Of a stretch of 64,000 nt of DNA, positions 49,952 to 59,825 are shown piece after piece. Position 1 is the first letter of the stretch. Every line of letters begins with the position of its first letter. The position numbers and the translations under genes are program-made. Source of the DNA: Candidatus Poribacteria bacterium (GTDB taxonomy: Bacteria > Poribacteria > WGA-4E > WGA-3G); NCBI GenBank assembly GCA_963663765.2, contig CAXXUA010000004.1:288001-352000 (forward strand). Direction: 5' to 3'. A model generated the notes under the pieces. That model did no database searches. It was not told where the DNA came from and was given only the letters and a program-made list of their open reading frames with translations.

Positions 49952-50740
49952 TCAAAGCAAATCACTTGCTTGGTTTATTTCCTTTTCAGGATCTGGTATA
50001 AATTCCCTTATCTGTTCATCAACCTTTTTTGCAAAATCGAGACTCTCATCCAGTTCAGTGCGTAGACGACCAAGTTCTGTCTCATTGCTGTCGGGACTGA
50101 TTGTTAGGACACGCGCATACAGATGCGAAAGCTGAACTATGGTCTGTTGAACATCCGCAATCTGTTGTTCTCTGTGTTGTCGCAGTACTCGTCTGACAGT
50201 TTCCAATTGAGAATCTCTTGATTTTTCTTGCATTTTCAGTGTGTCTTTTAGACACTGCACTGCTTGTGTAAACAGGTCAGTTACTTTATCAGTTATTTCC
50301 GCACTCACCAAAAGGGGTAGATTTGCCATCCAACTTGCTTCTCGAACTTCCTCTTGAAAGGACTTATGCAATGAACGAAGTTCATCCAACATCTGTTCTG
50401 TTCTTCTATCACCATCTCTTGTCAACTGTTGATGTAGCGTGTTTAGTTCTTCTTCCTGTTTTTGTTGTGCTTCGTGTAATATTTCTTCATGAACCTGTTT
50501 AGCAATATCCTCTGTACCAGTAGTCCACTTTGTAATCAAGGCACCGATGGGAATCCCAATACCGACGACAGCACTACCGAATAAGTAGAGAATCTGGGGT
50601 TCTAAGTTAAAAACCCATGACGCAAATACCCCCATTGCCCCCGCTGCAAATGGGTAAATGGTGTAAGGATTGCTAATAAGATGAAGTAAGTATTTCTTAC
50701 GAAACAAATTCCTATCAATCAATGTCTTCACCAAAAACAT
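49952..50740 (-). CDS. Hypothetical 2-TM protein with a C-terminal coiled-coil domain
   Basis: Two hydrophobic segments (YPFAAGAMGVFASWVF; ILYLFGSAVVGIGIPIGALI) followed by Q/E/L heptads. Confidence 0.75.
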   Translation of the reverse strand: MFLVKTLIDRNLFRKKYLLHLISNPYTIYPFAAGAMGVFASWVFNLEPQILYLFGSAVVGIGIPIGALITKWTTGTEDIAKQVHEEILHEAQQKQEEELNTLHQQLTRDGDRRTEQMLDELRSLHKSFQEEVREASWMANLPLLVSAEITDKVTDLFTQAVQCLKDTLKMQEKSRDSQLETVRRVLRQHREQQIADVQQTIVQLSHLYARVLTISPDSNETELGRLRTELDESLDFAKKVDEQIREFIPDPEKEINQASDLL

Positions 50741-50939
50741 GCACCCGTTTTAGCGTGCAAATTGTCATTAGGTTTAGTTTATTAGACTCTCTTTAAATAC
50801 AATCAGAATATAATCAATGACTATTTAACTTTCCGCTGATATTTTAACATATCATAGAGAAGTTGTAAAGAGAAATAGCACAACAATTTTTCAATATATT
50901 TCTCATAGCGTAAGTTATTCCTCTTGGTTTCTACCCAGG

Positions 50940-51096
50940 CAGGACTTACGCACCCAACGGTAGGCGTGCTTTGTAGGCGGGGAATGCCAAAAGGCATTCA
51001 TACCGTTGATTTGACGCCGGAAACCATAAAAATGCTGATAATTACATCGTTTTCGTCTTAATTCTTGATTGGAACATGAAAACTGCGTAAATCCTG
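50940..51096. mobile_element. CAGGAC-family MITE with a 35-nt micro-element (50980-51014)
   Basis: caggacttacgca ... tgcgtaaatcctg; TSD CCCAGG overlaps the TIR of the next element. Confidence 0.9.
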
Positions 51097-51098
51097 CC

Positions 51099-51151
51099 CA
51101 GGGTTATTCAGTTTTAAATTTACTGAATAAATTGAAAACTAAATAACCCTG
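51099..51151. mobile_element. 53-bp minimal CAGGG-TIR MITE
   Basis: cagggttattcagtttt ... aaaactaaataaccctg. Confidence 0.75.
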
Positions 51152-51213
51152 CATGATATGACTTTTTGTAGCACAATTTGTTAGGTTGTGTTATTATATC
51201 ATTTCTAAATGAT

Positions 51214-51461
51214 CAATACCTTCGCCATTTTTGAGTGCTTCAGTTGAATGAGTATATAGTGTTGATCTACCATTGCTCTGTGATATTGTTAGGATTACAT
51301 AAATAAAAATAACTTCAGGTTTTCGTTGAAGTATTTTTAATTATCATAGCGTCTAATTTGACGATAGAATCTGACAGAATAATTTATATGCACAATCTGG
51401 AAGAATGTGCTACAACTGACCGCACAATCTGACAGAATGTATATTATTGGCGAAGGTATTG
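51214..51461. mobile_element. CAATACC-TIR MITE, uninterrupted copy
   Basis: 14-bp TIRs; TSD AATGAT; internal sequence matches 34305-34558. Confidence 0.88.
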
Positions 51462-51584
51462 AATGATAAAGTCTTTTTTTATATCACCAACAGTTACTCT
51501 GTGCCGTTTAAGATTACGTCTCACAGTAACCGGTAATGTGAAACCATTTCTTAGAAGTGGTTTTATTGCAAAAATAGGGGAAAC

Positions 51585-52076
51585 TTGATGATGCGTAAGA
51601 AGATGTACATATTGGTTGGTGTGCTTGCTATTCTTGTGATTGCGGGTGCTTCTTATATACTCTCTGTCCAATATGCTGAAAACAAAGCAGAGAAGGATAG
51701 GGAAGCGAAAATTTATGCTGAAAACGTGGCGAAATATAATCATTGGAAAAGCCTCACTGACATTAGTCAAAAAGCTGTAGCTTTAAATAAGAAAATAGGG
51801 GAGATTGGAGATATATCTAAAGAAGATAAAATCAGGAATTTTGAAATGTCTGAGCAGTTGTTAGATTTGTTAGGGCAGAAACGAAATTTACATGAAGAAT
51901 TTGATCGTATAAAAGGAGATGGTGATACGACCGAGCAGTTTAAGGATTGGATGGGAGTCAATGCTGCTCGAGATGCATGGCTGGAATCTCAGATACACCT
52001 TAATACACTTACTTCAATAAAGTCTGAGTTAGAAAAGGCATTGTCTGAAATAGAGAATACCATAAAACAAAAATAA
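51585..52076 (+). CDS. Hypothetical N-anchored helical membrane protein
   Basis: RKK then a hydrophobic helix, charged helical remainder; start could be 51588 or 51591. Confidence 0.65.
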   Translation: MMMRKKMYILVGVLAILVIAGASYILSVQYAENKAEKDREAKIYAENVAKYNHWKSLTDISQKAVALNKKIGEIGDISKEDKIRNFEMSEQLLDLLGQKRNLHEEFDRIKGDGDTTEQFKDWMGVNAARDAWLESQIHLNTLTSIKSELEKALSEIENTIKQK

Positions 52077-52277
52077 TGTCTTATAGTGAACTTTGAAATT
52101 ATTGGGACACTTTGATAAACATATTTTGAAAACAGAACGGACAACAAAAGTTGTAGCACAAGCTTTTAGTTTGTGCATAATGAGAAGCAAACTAAAAGTT
52201 TGCGGTACAGAAATGTCCCATTAATTATAGGTTTTACTGTATTAATTCTTACTATTACTATAAATGGCGGAGGAAAT

Positions 52278-53822
52278 GTGACGTTTGACATTATAATAAC
52301 TGAGGGGAACATTGTTGATGGAACAGGGAAACGTGATCCTTATGTCGCAGATATTGGAATTCAAGCTGATACCATTGCAGCCATTGGTGACCTTAGCAAC
52401 GCAGAAACATCAGAACGAATTTACGCAAAAGATAAAATTGTTTGCCCTGGTTTTATTGATGTGCATGTTCATTCAGAAATCTCTCTACTCGGGGGTCGAG
52501 ATCAATATGCAGCTGTGATGCAGGGTGTAACGACCCATCTAACTGCGCCTGATGGATTCGGTTGGGCTCCTTTGTCTGAACAACATGCGCGCGAACTCTG
52601 GCACTACACACAATTTGCTTATGGTGATGATGAAGTTCCACTTGATTGGGAGACACATGAAGATTACCTAAGTATGTTTGAAGATCGCATTCCTGCAAAT
52701 CTATATCCGCAAGTTCCTCACTGTGCTGTTCGACTTGGTGCAATGGGATGGGATCATCGTCCTGCAACTACAGATGAACTAATCGCAATGGAGAAAACTA
52801 CACGTCAGTGGTTGGAAGCGGGAGCATGTTGCCTATGTTTAGGACTTGACTATCAACCATCAGCGAATGCAAATTTACATGAGTTGGTATATTTGTCAAA
52901 GGTTGCTGCAAGTTACGATGCGATCTATGCCGCACATATCAGATACCAACTGATTGGTAGAAAAAAGGCTTGGGAAGAAACTATTGAAATCGCACAACGT
53001 GCTGAGATCCCTGTTCATATTTCACATGAACGCGTTGACGATGAAGCAGCAGAAATACTTGAAAAGATAGATAGAGAAGACATTGATTTGACATTTGAAT
53101 CATATCTATATCCTGCAGGTATGACACACCTTGCGATGTTGTTGCCGATGGAATACCAAACAGGTGCACCCGATACGATGTTAGCAAAACTTGAGAATCC
53201 TGATGTCCGTGAGAAGTCACTTCCATATCTAAAACAGAAATTAGGTGAAGGGAACCAGATTGTAGGATATAACAAAAATGGTAGATATATCGGATTGACA
53301 CTGACTGAGGCAGCAAAAAAGGAAGGGAAATCTAACGAGGATTTTGCCTATGATTTCATTCTGGATGAAACCGCAATAGAAACCTTTGTAATGCCGTGGG
53401 ATACTTCTCCTGAAGAAAATGAACGGACTTTGAATCGCACAGCAAATCATCCTCGGATGATGATTGCAAGTGATGGCGTTTACAATATACCACATCCGCA
53501 TCCTCGTAGTTATGGGTGCTTTGTACAGTTCCTTGGCAAGTTTGTCAGGGAACGGAAGTTACTCCCGCTGAAAGATGCAATATATAAAATGAGTGGTTTT
53601 CCAGCAGAACGATTTCGTTTATCTGATCGTGGAAAAATAAAAGAAGGACTTGCTGCTGATATTGTTGTTTTCAATCCGGAGATTGTTGCTGATCGTTCAA
53701 CGTGGTTTGATCCTGTTCAACCACCTGTGGGTGTAAACTGGGTGATTGTTAATGGCGTTGCAGTCATCAAAGATGGCATGGTAACTAAACAACTTCCAGG
53801 AAAAGTTCTTCGGAAACAATAA
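52278..53822 (+). CDS. N-acyl-D-amino-acid deacylase-like amidohydrolase
   Basis: PGFIDVHVHSE, HIR, HISH, ASDG, PHPRSYG; GTG start after ggagg. Confidence 0.88.
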   Translation: MTFDIIITEGNIVDGTGKRDPYVADIGIQADTIAAIGDLSNAETSERIYAKDKIVCPGFIDVHVHSEISLLGGRDQYAAVMQGVTTHLTAPDGFGWAPLSEQHARELWHYTQFAYGDDEVPLDWETHEDYLSMFEDRIPANLYPQVPHCAVRLGAMGWDHRPATTDELIAMEKTTRQWLEAGACCLCLGLDYQPSANANLHELVYLSKVAASYDAIYAAHIRYQLIGRKKAWEETIEIAQRAEIPVHISHERVDDEAAEILEKIDREDIDLTFESYLYPAGMTHLAMLLPMEYQTGAPDTMLAKLENPDVREKSLPYLKQKLGEGNQIVGYNKNGRYIGLTLTEAAKKEGKSNEDFAYDFILDETAIETFVMPWDTSPEENERTLNRTANHPRMMIASDGVYNIPHPHPRSYGCFVQFLGKFVRERKLLPLKDAIYKMSGFPAERFRLSDRGKIKEGLAADIVVFNPEIVADRSTWFDPVQPPVGVNWVIVNGVAVIKDGMVTKQLPGKVLRKQ

Positions 53823-53846
53823 AAGCAACAATAGGATGGTAGGACT

Positions 53847-55292
53847 GTGGAAAGGTATGACCTGACGATTATTGGTGGTGGTAGTGCAGGACTTGTTCTT
53901 GCAGTCGCTGGTGCAAAACTTGGTAAAAAGACTGCTCTTGTAGAGAAACATCGCATCGGTGGTGACTGTCTATGGACAGGATGTGTGCCTTCAAAAGCAC
54001 TACTGAAAACAGCGAAGGTATCAAACTACATTCGTAACGCAGAGAAATATGGTATTACAACAAATGAAACAAAACCTGACTGGCATAAGGTAATAGACTA
54101 TGTAAAAAGCACGCAACACATTATTCAAGAGGAACACGACAATCCTGAACGATTTCGGGATATGGGTGTTGATGTAATATTTGGAAACGGACATTTTGAG
54201 TCGCGTGATACTTTTGTCGTTGAGGATTCAGAGAAAAATCAAACACGCACACTAAAGAGTAAGCGATTTGTTATTTCCACTGGTTCTCGTCCGTTGGCTC
54301 CTGATATACCTGGATTGGATTCTTGTGATTTTCTTGACAGTGAAAATATATGGGATATTCAAGAATTACCACAACGGCTGCTTGTTGTTGGAGCTGGACC
54401 AATAGGTATTGAATTGGGACAAGCATTTCATCGGTTAGGTTCAAAAGTAACAATCTCACAACGTAGTGGACGCATTCTTACCAAAGAGGATACTGATGTT
54501 TCTGAACGGATGTTAGAATATCTTACCACAGAAGGCATTGATATCCGACTCAATACGAAAATTTCAAAAGTTGAACAACAAAATGATGGTATTAGAGTAA
54601 GGTTTGCAGATATAGAAAATGCCACATCCGAAGCAAATTGTGAACGAATCTATGATAAAATCCTTATCGCAGCAGGTAGAGCACCAAATGTTGAAGGTTT
54701 GGGACTTGACAAAATCGGTGTTAAAGTCCAAAAAAATGGGATTGTCGTCAATGGACAACTTCAGACACATGTGAAACACATTTATGCTGCAGGTGACGTT
54801 ATCGGACACTATCTATTTACACATGTGGCAGCATTTCAAGCACAGTTGCTTGTTCGTAATTTCTTATTGCCATTAGCAAAAAAGATCGATTATTCTGTTG
54901 TACCTTGGACGACATTTTGTGATCCTGAGGTTGCACGGTGCGGTTTGACTGAAGCGGAAGCACGCGAAAAATATGGTGATGTTGATGTGTTCTCATTAGA
55001 GCAGACAGATGTTGATAGAGCTGTTGCGGATGGAGAAACACACGGATTTACGAAAGTTATCGCATCAAAATGGCGTGGCAAAATATTAGGCGTTCATATA
55101 GTCGGGACAAATGCTGGTGAGATTATACACGAGTATGTTCTGGCGATGCAGGAGGGGATTCCGTTACGTAAATTGGGTGGAATGATGCACGTGTATCCGA
55201 CTTATTCAACAAGTGTATGGCGGGTAACAGCGAAATGGTTGTCAGAGGGAACACTGGTTAAGACTTTGCGGAGGTTTACAGGGACAGGATAA
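53847..55292 (+). CDS. Class I pyridine nucleotide-disulfide oxidoreductase (Lpd/MerA-like)
   Basis: GGGSAG, GGDCLWTGCVPSK, GAGPIG, YAAGDV, HVYPT. Confidence 0.88.
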   Translation: MERYDLTIIGGGSAGLVLAVAGAKLGKKTALVEKHRIGGDCLWTGCVPSKALLKTAKVSNYIRNAEKYGITTNETKPDWHKVIDYVKSTQHIIQEEHDNPERFRDMGVDVIFGNGHFESRDTFVVEDSEKNQTRTLKSKRFVISTGSRPLAPDIPGLDSCDFLDSENIWDIQELPQRLLVVGAGPIGIELGQAFHRLGSKVTISQRSGRILTKEDTDVSERMLEYLTTEGIDIRLNTKISKVEQQNDGIRVRFADIENATSEANCERIYDKILIAAGRAPNVEGLGLDKIGVKVQKNGIVVNGQLQTHVKHIYAAGDVIGHYLFTHVAAFQAQLLVRNFLLPLAKKIDYSVVPWTTFCDPEVARCGLTEAEAREKYGDVDVFSLEQTDVDRAVADGETHGFTKVIASKWRGKILGVHIVGTNAGEIIHEYVLAMQEGIPLRKLGGMMHVYPTYSTSVWRVTAKWLSEGTLVKTLRRFTGTG

Positions 55293-55314
55293 AGTGTTTT
55301 TACAATTACATAGA

Positions 55315-55569
55315 TCAATAGATTTTACTGCGATGTCCAATCCGATGGACAACTACCTCTTTTTTCTGTCTATTGAAAGTGTAGATAATTCGATAATCCT
55401 GCATTCTTTGACTGAACTTTCCTCTATCTCTACCTTTTAATGCTTTGTGCGGCCAAGTATCACAATTTTCGCATAATTGATCCAATTTTCTGCGGACTCT
55501 ACGGGCGATTGAAATATCCAAACGCCCCAAGGCATCCTCAGCCTTTTGCATGAATTCTAAACGGTACAT
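55315..55569 (-). CDS. RelE/ParE-family toxin
   Basis: MYRLEF..KA...L, ALKG, RMQDYRIIY, IGHRSKIY. Confidence 0.88.
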   Translation of the reverse strand: MYRLEFMQKAEDALGRLDISIARRVRRKLDQLCENCDTWPHKALKGRDRGKFSQRMQDYRIIYTFNRQKKEVVVHRIGHRSKIY

Positions 55570-55576
55570 TTACAGT

Positions 55577-56275
55577 CTACAGCCCTAACTTTCTCGCCAC
55601 TTCCTCAATCGGAATAGGCTTAATTTTGCCAGACTCGTAATCAGCAATACTTTGGTCGATCTCAGCAACAATATCAGGTTTTAGTTCTAATCCTTCATCT
55701 GGATCGTAGTCGTAAGCCTCCAATGCAAGTTCAAAGAGTTCATAAGCCACAAAAAATTCCCGAAATACTGCGTCCAATTGTTGAAGTGAAGGTTTCTGCT
55801 CAAGTAAACTCATGATCTTTTCGCGCACACTGAAGATTTCTTGTCTAACAAGTGTTAGGATAAGTTCGCAATACTCTTTGAATGACAATTCGGAAATCTT
55901 CATAACGGGCATCGGATCGCTTTCTAAGTAACCCCCCATCCGTCTGCACATCCGTTCTTCAAGGGTTGTTTTTCTATTGGCGTGTATATAATCAAGTTGA
56001 CGTTTTAACTTTTTGGCAAGCGGTGTGTGCGGCTCAAGGCCTTGCAGCGGATCTTCTTCATATTCTTCAAGCCAAAAGGCGATGCTTTCATAACCACAAA
56101 AGAATTCTCGAAACTCTGCTTCCAATTTCACCCTGTTCTCTGATGAAGGTTTTACGTTGAACAACTTAATGAGCCGCTCACGGACGTTAAATAAATCGTC
56201 ATGAACAAGACGTTGAAGCAATTCGTAGATCTCAATATGAGACATATCAACAAGTTTTTTCACAAGTCTCTCCAT
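55577..56275 (-). CDS. Putative antitoxin made of two tandem homologous domains
   Basis: 7 bp upstream of the toxin; C-terminal DPDEGLELKP...IPIEEVARKLGL; internal duplication. Confidence 0.7.
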   Translation of the reverse strand: MERLVKKLVDMSHIEIYELLQRLVHDDLFNVRERLIKLFNVKPSSENRVKLEAEFREFFCGYESIAFWLEEYEEDPLQGLEPHTPLAKKLKRQLDYIHANRKTTLEERMCRRMGGYLESDPMPVMKISELSFKEYCELILTLVRQEIFSVREKIMSLLEQKPSLQQLDAVFREFFVAYELFELALEAYDYDPDEGLELKPDIVAEIDQSIADYESGKIKPIPIEEVARKLGL

Positions 56276-56645
56276 TTATGTGTTAAAACTACTACATATT
56301 TTAACACAATCCATAGATACGATCAAACGCTTTTCGCTAAATTTTTAGAGAATGGAAAAAAAGTCGGAAACTATACCCTTTATCGGTTGAGAAATTTCAG
56401 GGATTCTAACCTTACGTGTGCAATTTCTGCATGCAAAATAGGCATTTATCTGAGAGTATAGTACCGACTCACCTAAGGAGGCTTAAGGGATTATTAGCAA
56501 TTATTATGCCAACGAAATTGTAAAATATATCGCTATTTGTTAGAAATTATTGCTAACTTTTTGGTCAACGTGTTGAAAAAATAGTCATTGATTTGTATGG
56601 GAAGGCGAGATAGTAAGGTTGTATTCAACGTTTTACTATAATCGG

Positions 56646-59600
56646 TTAGTCTGTTGATTCTTCAGGATTATATAAATTCTCATAGAAATACAATATTGTC
56701 TTTAGATCGTTCCAATGTTTCTCTGAGAACCAAATCTGTATAATGTCACCTTTCGTTTGCATACTGACTTCTGGTACATCTGAAACTTTAAGTGCATTAT
56801 AAAGTGTTTGTCGGACCTGAGGATCTTTTTTAACATACTCCTTATATTTCGCAGAACATAATGGACAAAGAGCTATATATTGTGCTCTATGTTCTATTGG
56901 AAAGTGGTCTTTTCTAAGTGCTTCGACTGCCTCAAAGTAATCATCATGACTATTACGTTTTTTGAAAGGCATTTCTTCTTCACACATTTGACACACCATT
57001 TTGCTGTCATCTGTATAATTTGCTGTGAGATAAGGTTGTGGTTCAATTGCCCCACGTGAAACCCTTACGCTTCTTGCTCTCTGCTCGTATTCTTTTGCAG
57101 GTGAGTTGCCTAGTTCTTTAATAAGTCGTTTTGTTCGCCGTTCCTGAGGATTGATTCTTTTGCGCAACTGCAGAGGTGATTTTCCTTGCGCTTTCCAATC
57201 CTTGTAAATATCAGCAACTTCTTCTGCTTCATCGGAAGAGTCATATCCTAACTCTTCATCACGTTTATTTCGTTCTCTTTTCTCATCTTCCTCACGTTCA
57301 ATTTGCAGCCTACGTTGTTTTTCAATTTCTATGTGTTTTTGTTGTTGTTTTGCAACTTTTCCGAATTCAATTACCTCAAGCCACTTTTGTTCTGCATCGA
57401 ATGGAAAACCGCCAGGGAGTCTCTCAATTGATGCATCACAAGGACGTACATAAATAAAATCATCACCTTCTTTTTTTGGTACCCATTTTGACTGTTTCAA
57501 ATTCCATACAAGACTAGAATGTCCTTCCTGTAACACATTAGATTGATTCCATTGAAAACGTGCTTTCAAACGATTTGAAGGTAGAGAATACATTGATTCC
57601 CAAACCAGTTTTGACTTAACAATTGAAGGATCAACTAAAAGGATTTGGAATTCGGGGATTCTATAATCTTCATCGATTCCTGTATGTCTCCAATAGCCAG
57701 ATCCAATGCCAAGATTATTTTTCCATTCAGGATGGTCAGAGGAAACTTCTTGAGGAATTGCTTCCAATTCTGTCTTAGCACCTAATTTTTTGGCAAATTC
57801 ACAAAGTTTTTTCGGATCTATTTCTGATTTCTCATACAATAAGGAGAAAAATAGGAAATCTACGTCCATATCCTCAAGCATCTTCATGTACTTATCATCC
57901 TCATAACATGCGCTCAAACCTGTATCAAGATAAGGTGTATCAAGGAACACACGATCTGCTGAAACAAACCCACCGGTAGTTTCAAAGATATAGTAATCTC
58001 TGAACAAATTTGCTTTATCGGGATCATTATCTACAAGTGCAATGAATTTTTTTATATCTATAAGATGCTGCTGTACGTCTTGATGATTCAATAAATCGTC
58101 TTTGTATCGTCGTTCCAAAATTAACTTAATTCGCTCTGCTTCGTCAATTTCACGAACACCTATTTCTTCAAGGAATGCGCGGGATTTCTTCTGCTGATTC
58201 CTATTTTGCCCTGATGAATAGACATCTTTTAAAACGTAGTTGAACCCTTCCTCGTACCTTTCGTTATCTTCAGGGAAATGGCACTCACTGCCAATTCTAT
58301 ACTCACCAGCGCTACAACGAACTATCTGGAGTTTAGATAACCTGTCTTTACGTTCACCTACAAAATAACGTGAAGATGATGGTGTACTTGATAGGAATTC
58401 ATTAAGTAAGGCATATAGTTGTTGATGCCACACGTCCGATTTTGCATTCAACCACTCAATCACTCTATCAGACACAGGCTGTAATGCTTCTATCAAGTTC
58501 TCAATTTTCCATTCAGAAATGTCTAACATGGTTAGAAAATTGTCTTCCCGCGACGAGTCTCGAAGCCGAGGATTCGCAATCCAAAGTGGTAAAGAACTGT
58601 CTATTCCAAGAAGTGTTTTCAGATCTTTATCGTCGACCAGATCGGATAAACTCCCTTCGCGTCTTGCTGTTCTAAACGTTGCTGATGCTGCGCCATGACC
58701 ACCCTGTTTCATCGGAACCAGTTTTTTCTGATTAAATTCCTTGATCAACTGTTCTTGGATAAAAAGATAAAAAATGGTTAGATTATCTTTGTCATTGGGT
58801 AGGGTCGCAAGAAATTCTACGTCTAACAATTCGCGCTCACGAATGGCATGCATTGATTCAGCAACCAAAACCGCAAGATGATCTCGCAGTTCGTCATTCG
58901 CGGGACAATCCCGGACACTGTTACGTGCAACAGTTGATGCAAAGGGAGCGTGCATGTGGAACCGCAGCTTGGATTCTTCTTTTGTAGCAGGAAAATAAAT
59001 ACAGACCTGTCCAGAGTTTAGCGGTGTGATTTTCCAGGTTTTGTCTTTAGATTTATCAATGCCGAAGGCAACTGCAATTAGACAACGTTTGAGTCTATTA
59101 TCTTCATCTCGAACTTCAATGTCCTTAGTAAACCTTAGATAATGGGTGGAATCAGGTGCTATATTTCCTGGACACATTACAGAAATCTCAATTAGGTTCT
59201 TATTATTTGAACTTTCTATTCGCTCAAGGAAACCGATTGTTGAATCTTGCAGATAGTACTCTATCTTGCTAATGTTACTTAGAAACATCAACGTGTTTTC
59301 GTTTAATTGTCGGAGTTTCGTTTCTATCTCAGCACACGCTTTTTCTGGAGGCATTTCAGAATTGTCAAAAGGAAAAACAAAACGTGTTCTCCCCTCACCA
59401 AGTGATCCTGGAGTCAGACATTCAGTTTCTGGAACAAACATGTCGCGGATTCGAAAGTGAAAGTTTCCAGATTCTATCTCTGGTGTAGAAGTATAGGCAA
59501 ATACTGCCTTAAAACCGATACCAAACTTGCCAATGCTTGTAGCATCATCTGCCTTGGTAGTGGATCCGATATTAGTTATTGATTCTACGTCCTTTATCGT

Positions 59601-59825
59601 AAACAAGTGGGTACCATTATGTTCAAACTCAAGTCTGTCTGTATAGAGAAAGAACTTAACCGCTGAAGCCTTGGCATCTTCAGCATTTTGAAGCAATTCA
59701 TAAATGAAGTGCACTTTGTCCGAGTAAAGCAATGTCAGCAGTCCCTTGAAACCCTCCATTGCCCCATTCTCAATGAGTTGTTGTCGTAATTCTTTACGTT
59801 TTTCAGACAACTGTTCAATCGTCAT
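56646..59825 (-). CDS. Sacsin/NOV-type GHKL ATPase with a C-terminal HNH-like Zn-finger domain
   Basis: FIYELLQNAEDA, HNG, IGKFGIGFKAVF, TRFVFPF, S5-like IYFP..FHMHAPF; terminal CQMC...YFEAVE...ALCPLC. Confidence 0.85.
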   Translation of the reverse strand: MTIEQLSEKRKELRQQLIENGAMEGFKGLLTLLYSDKVHFIYELLQNAEDAKASAVKFFLYTDRLEFEHNGTHLFTIKDVESITNIGSTTKADDATSIGKFGIGFKAVFAYTSTPEIESGNFHFRIRDMFVPETECLTPGSLGEGRTRFVFPFDNSEMPPEKACAEIETKLRQLNENTLMFLSNISKIEYYLQDSTIGFLERIESSNNKNLIEISVMCPGNIAPDSTHYLRFTKDIEVRDEDNRLKRCLIAVAFGIDKSKDKTWKITPLNSGQVCIYFPATKEESKLRFHMHAPFASTVARNSVRDCPANDELRDHLAVLVAESMHAIRERELLDVEFLATLPNDKDNLTIFYLFIQEQLIKEFNQKKLVPMKQGGHGAASATFRTARREGSLSDLVDDKDLKTLLGIDSSLPLWIANPRLRDSSREDNFLTMLDISEWKIENLIEALQPVSDRVIEWLNAKSDVWHQQLYALLNEFLSSTPSSSRYFVGERKDRLSKLQIVRCSAGEYRIGSECHFPEDNERYEEGFNYVLKDVYSSGQNRNQQKKSRAFLEEIGVREIDEAERIKLILERRYKDDLLNHQDVQQHLIDIKKFIALVDNDPDKANLFRDYYIFETTGGFVSADRVFLDTPYLDTGLSACYEDDKYMKMLEDMDVDFLFFSLLYEKSEIDPKKLCEFAKKLGAKTELEAIPQEVSSDHPEWKNNLGIGSGYWRHTGIDEDYRIPEFQILLVDPSIVKSKLVWESMYSLPSNRLKARFQWNQSNVLQEGHSSLVWNLKQSKWVPKKEGDDFIYVRPCDASIERLPGGFPFDAEQKWLEVIEFGKVAKQQQKHIEIEKQRRLQIEREEDEKRERNKRDEELGYDSSDEAEEVADIYKDWKAQGKSPLQLRKRINPQERRTKRLIKELGNSPAKEYEQRARSVRVSRGAIEPQPYLTANYTDDSKMVCQMCEEEMPFKKRNSHDDYFEAVEALRKDHFPIEHRAQYIALCPLCSAKYKEYVKKDPQVRQTLYNALKVSDVPEVSMQTKGDIIQIWFSEKHWNDLKTILYFYENLYNPEESTD

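Noticed and set aside
53847-55292. merA or lpdA
   Set aside because: No C-terminal Cys pair, metal-binding domain or mer operon; HVYPT instead of the Lpd HPTxxE motif.
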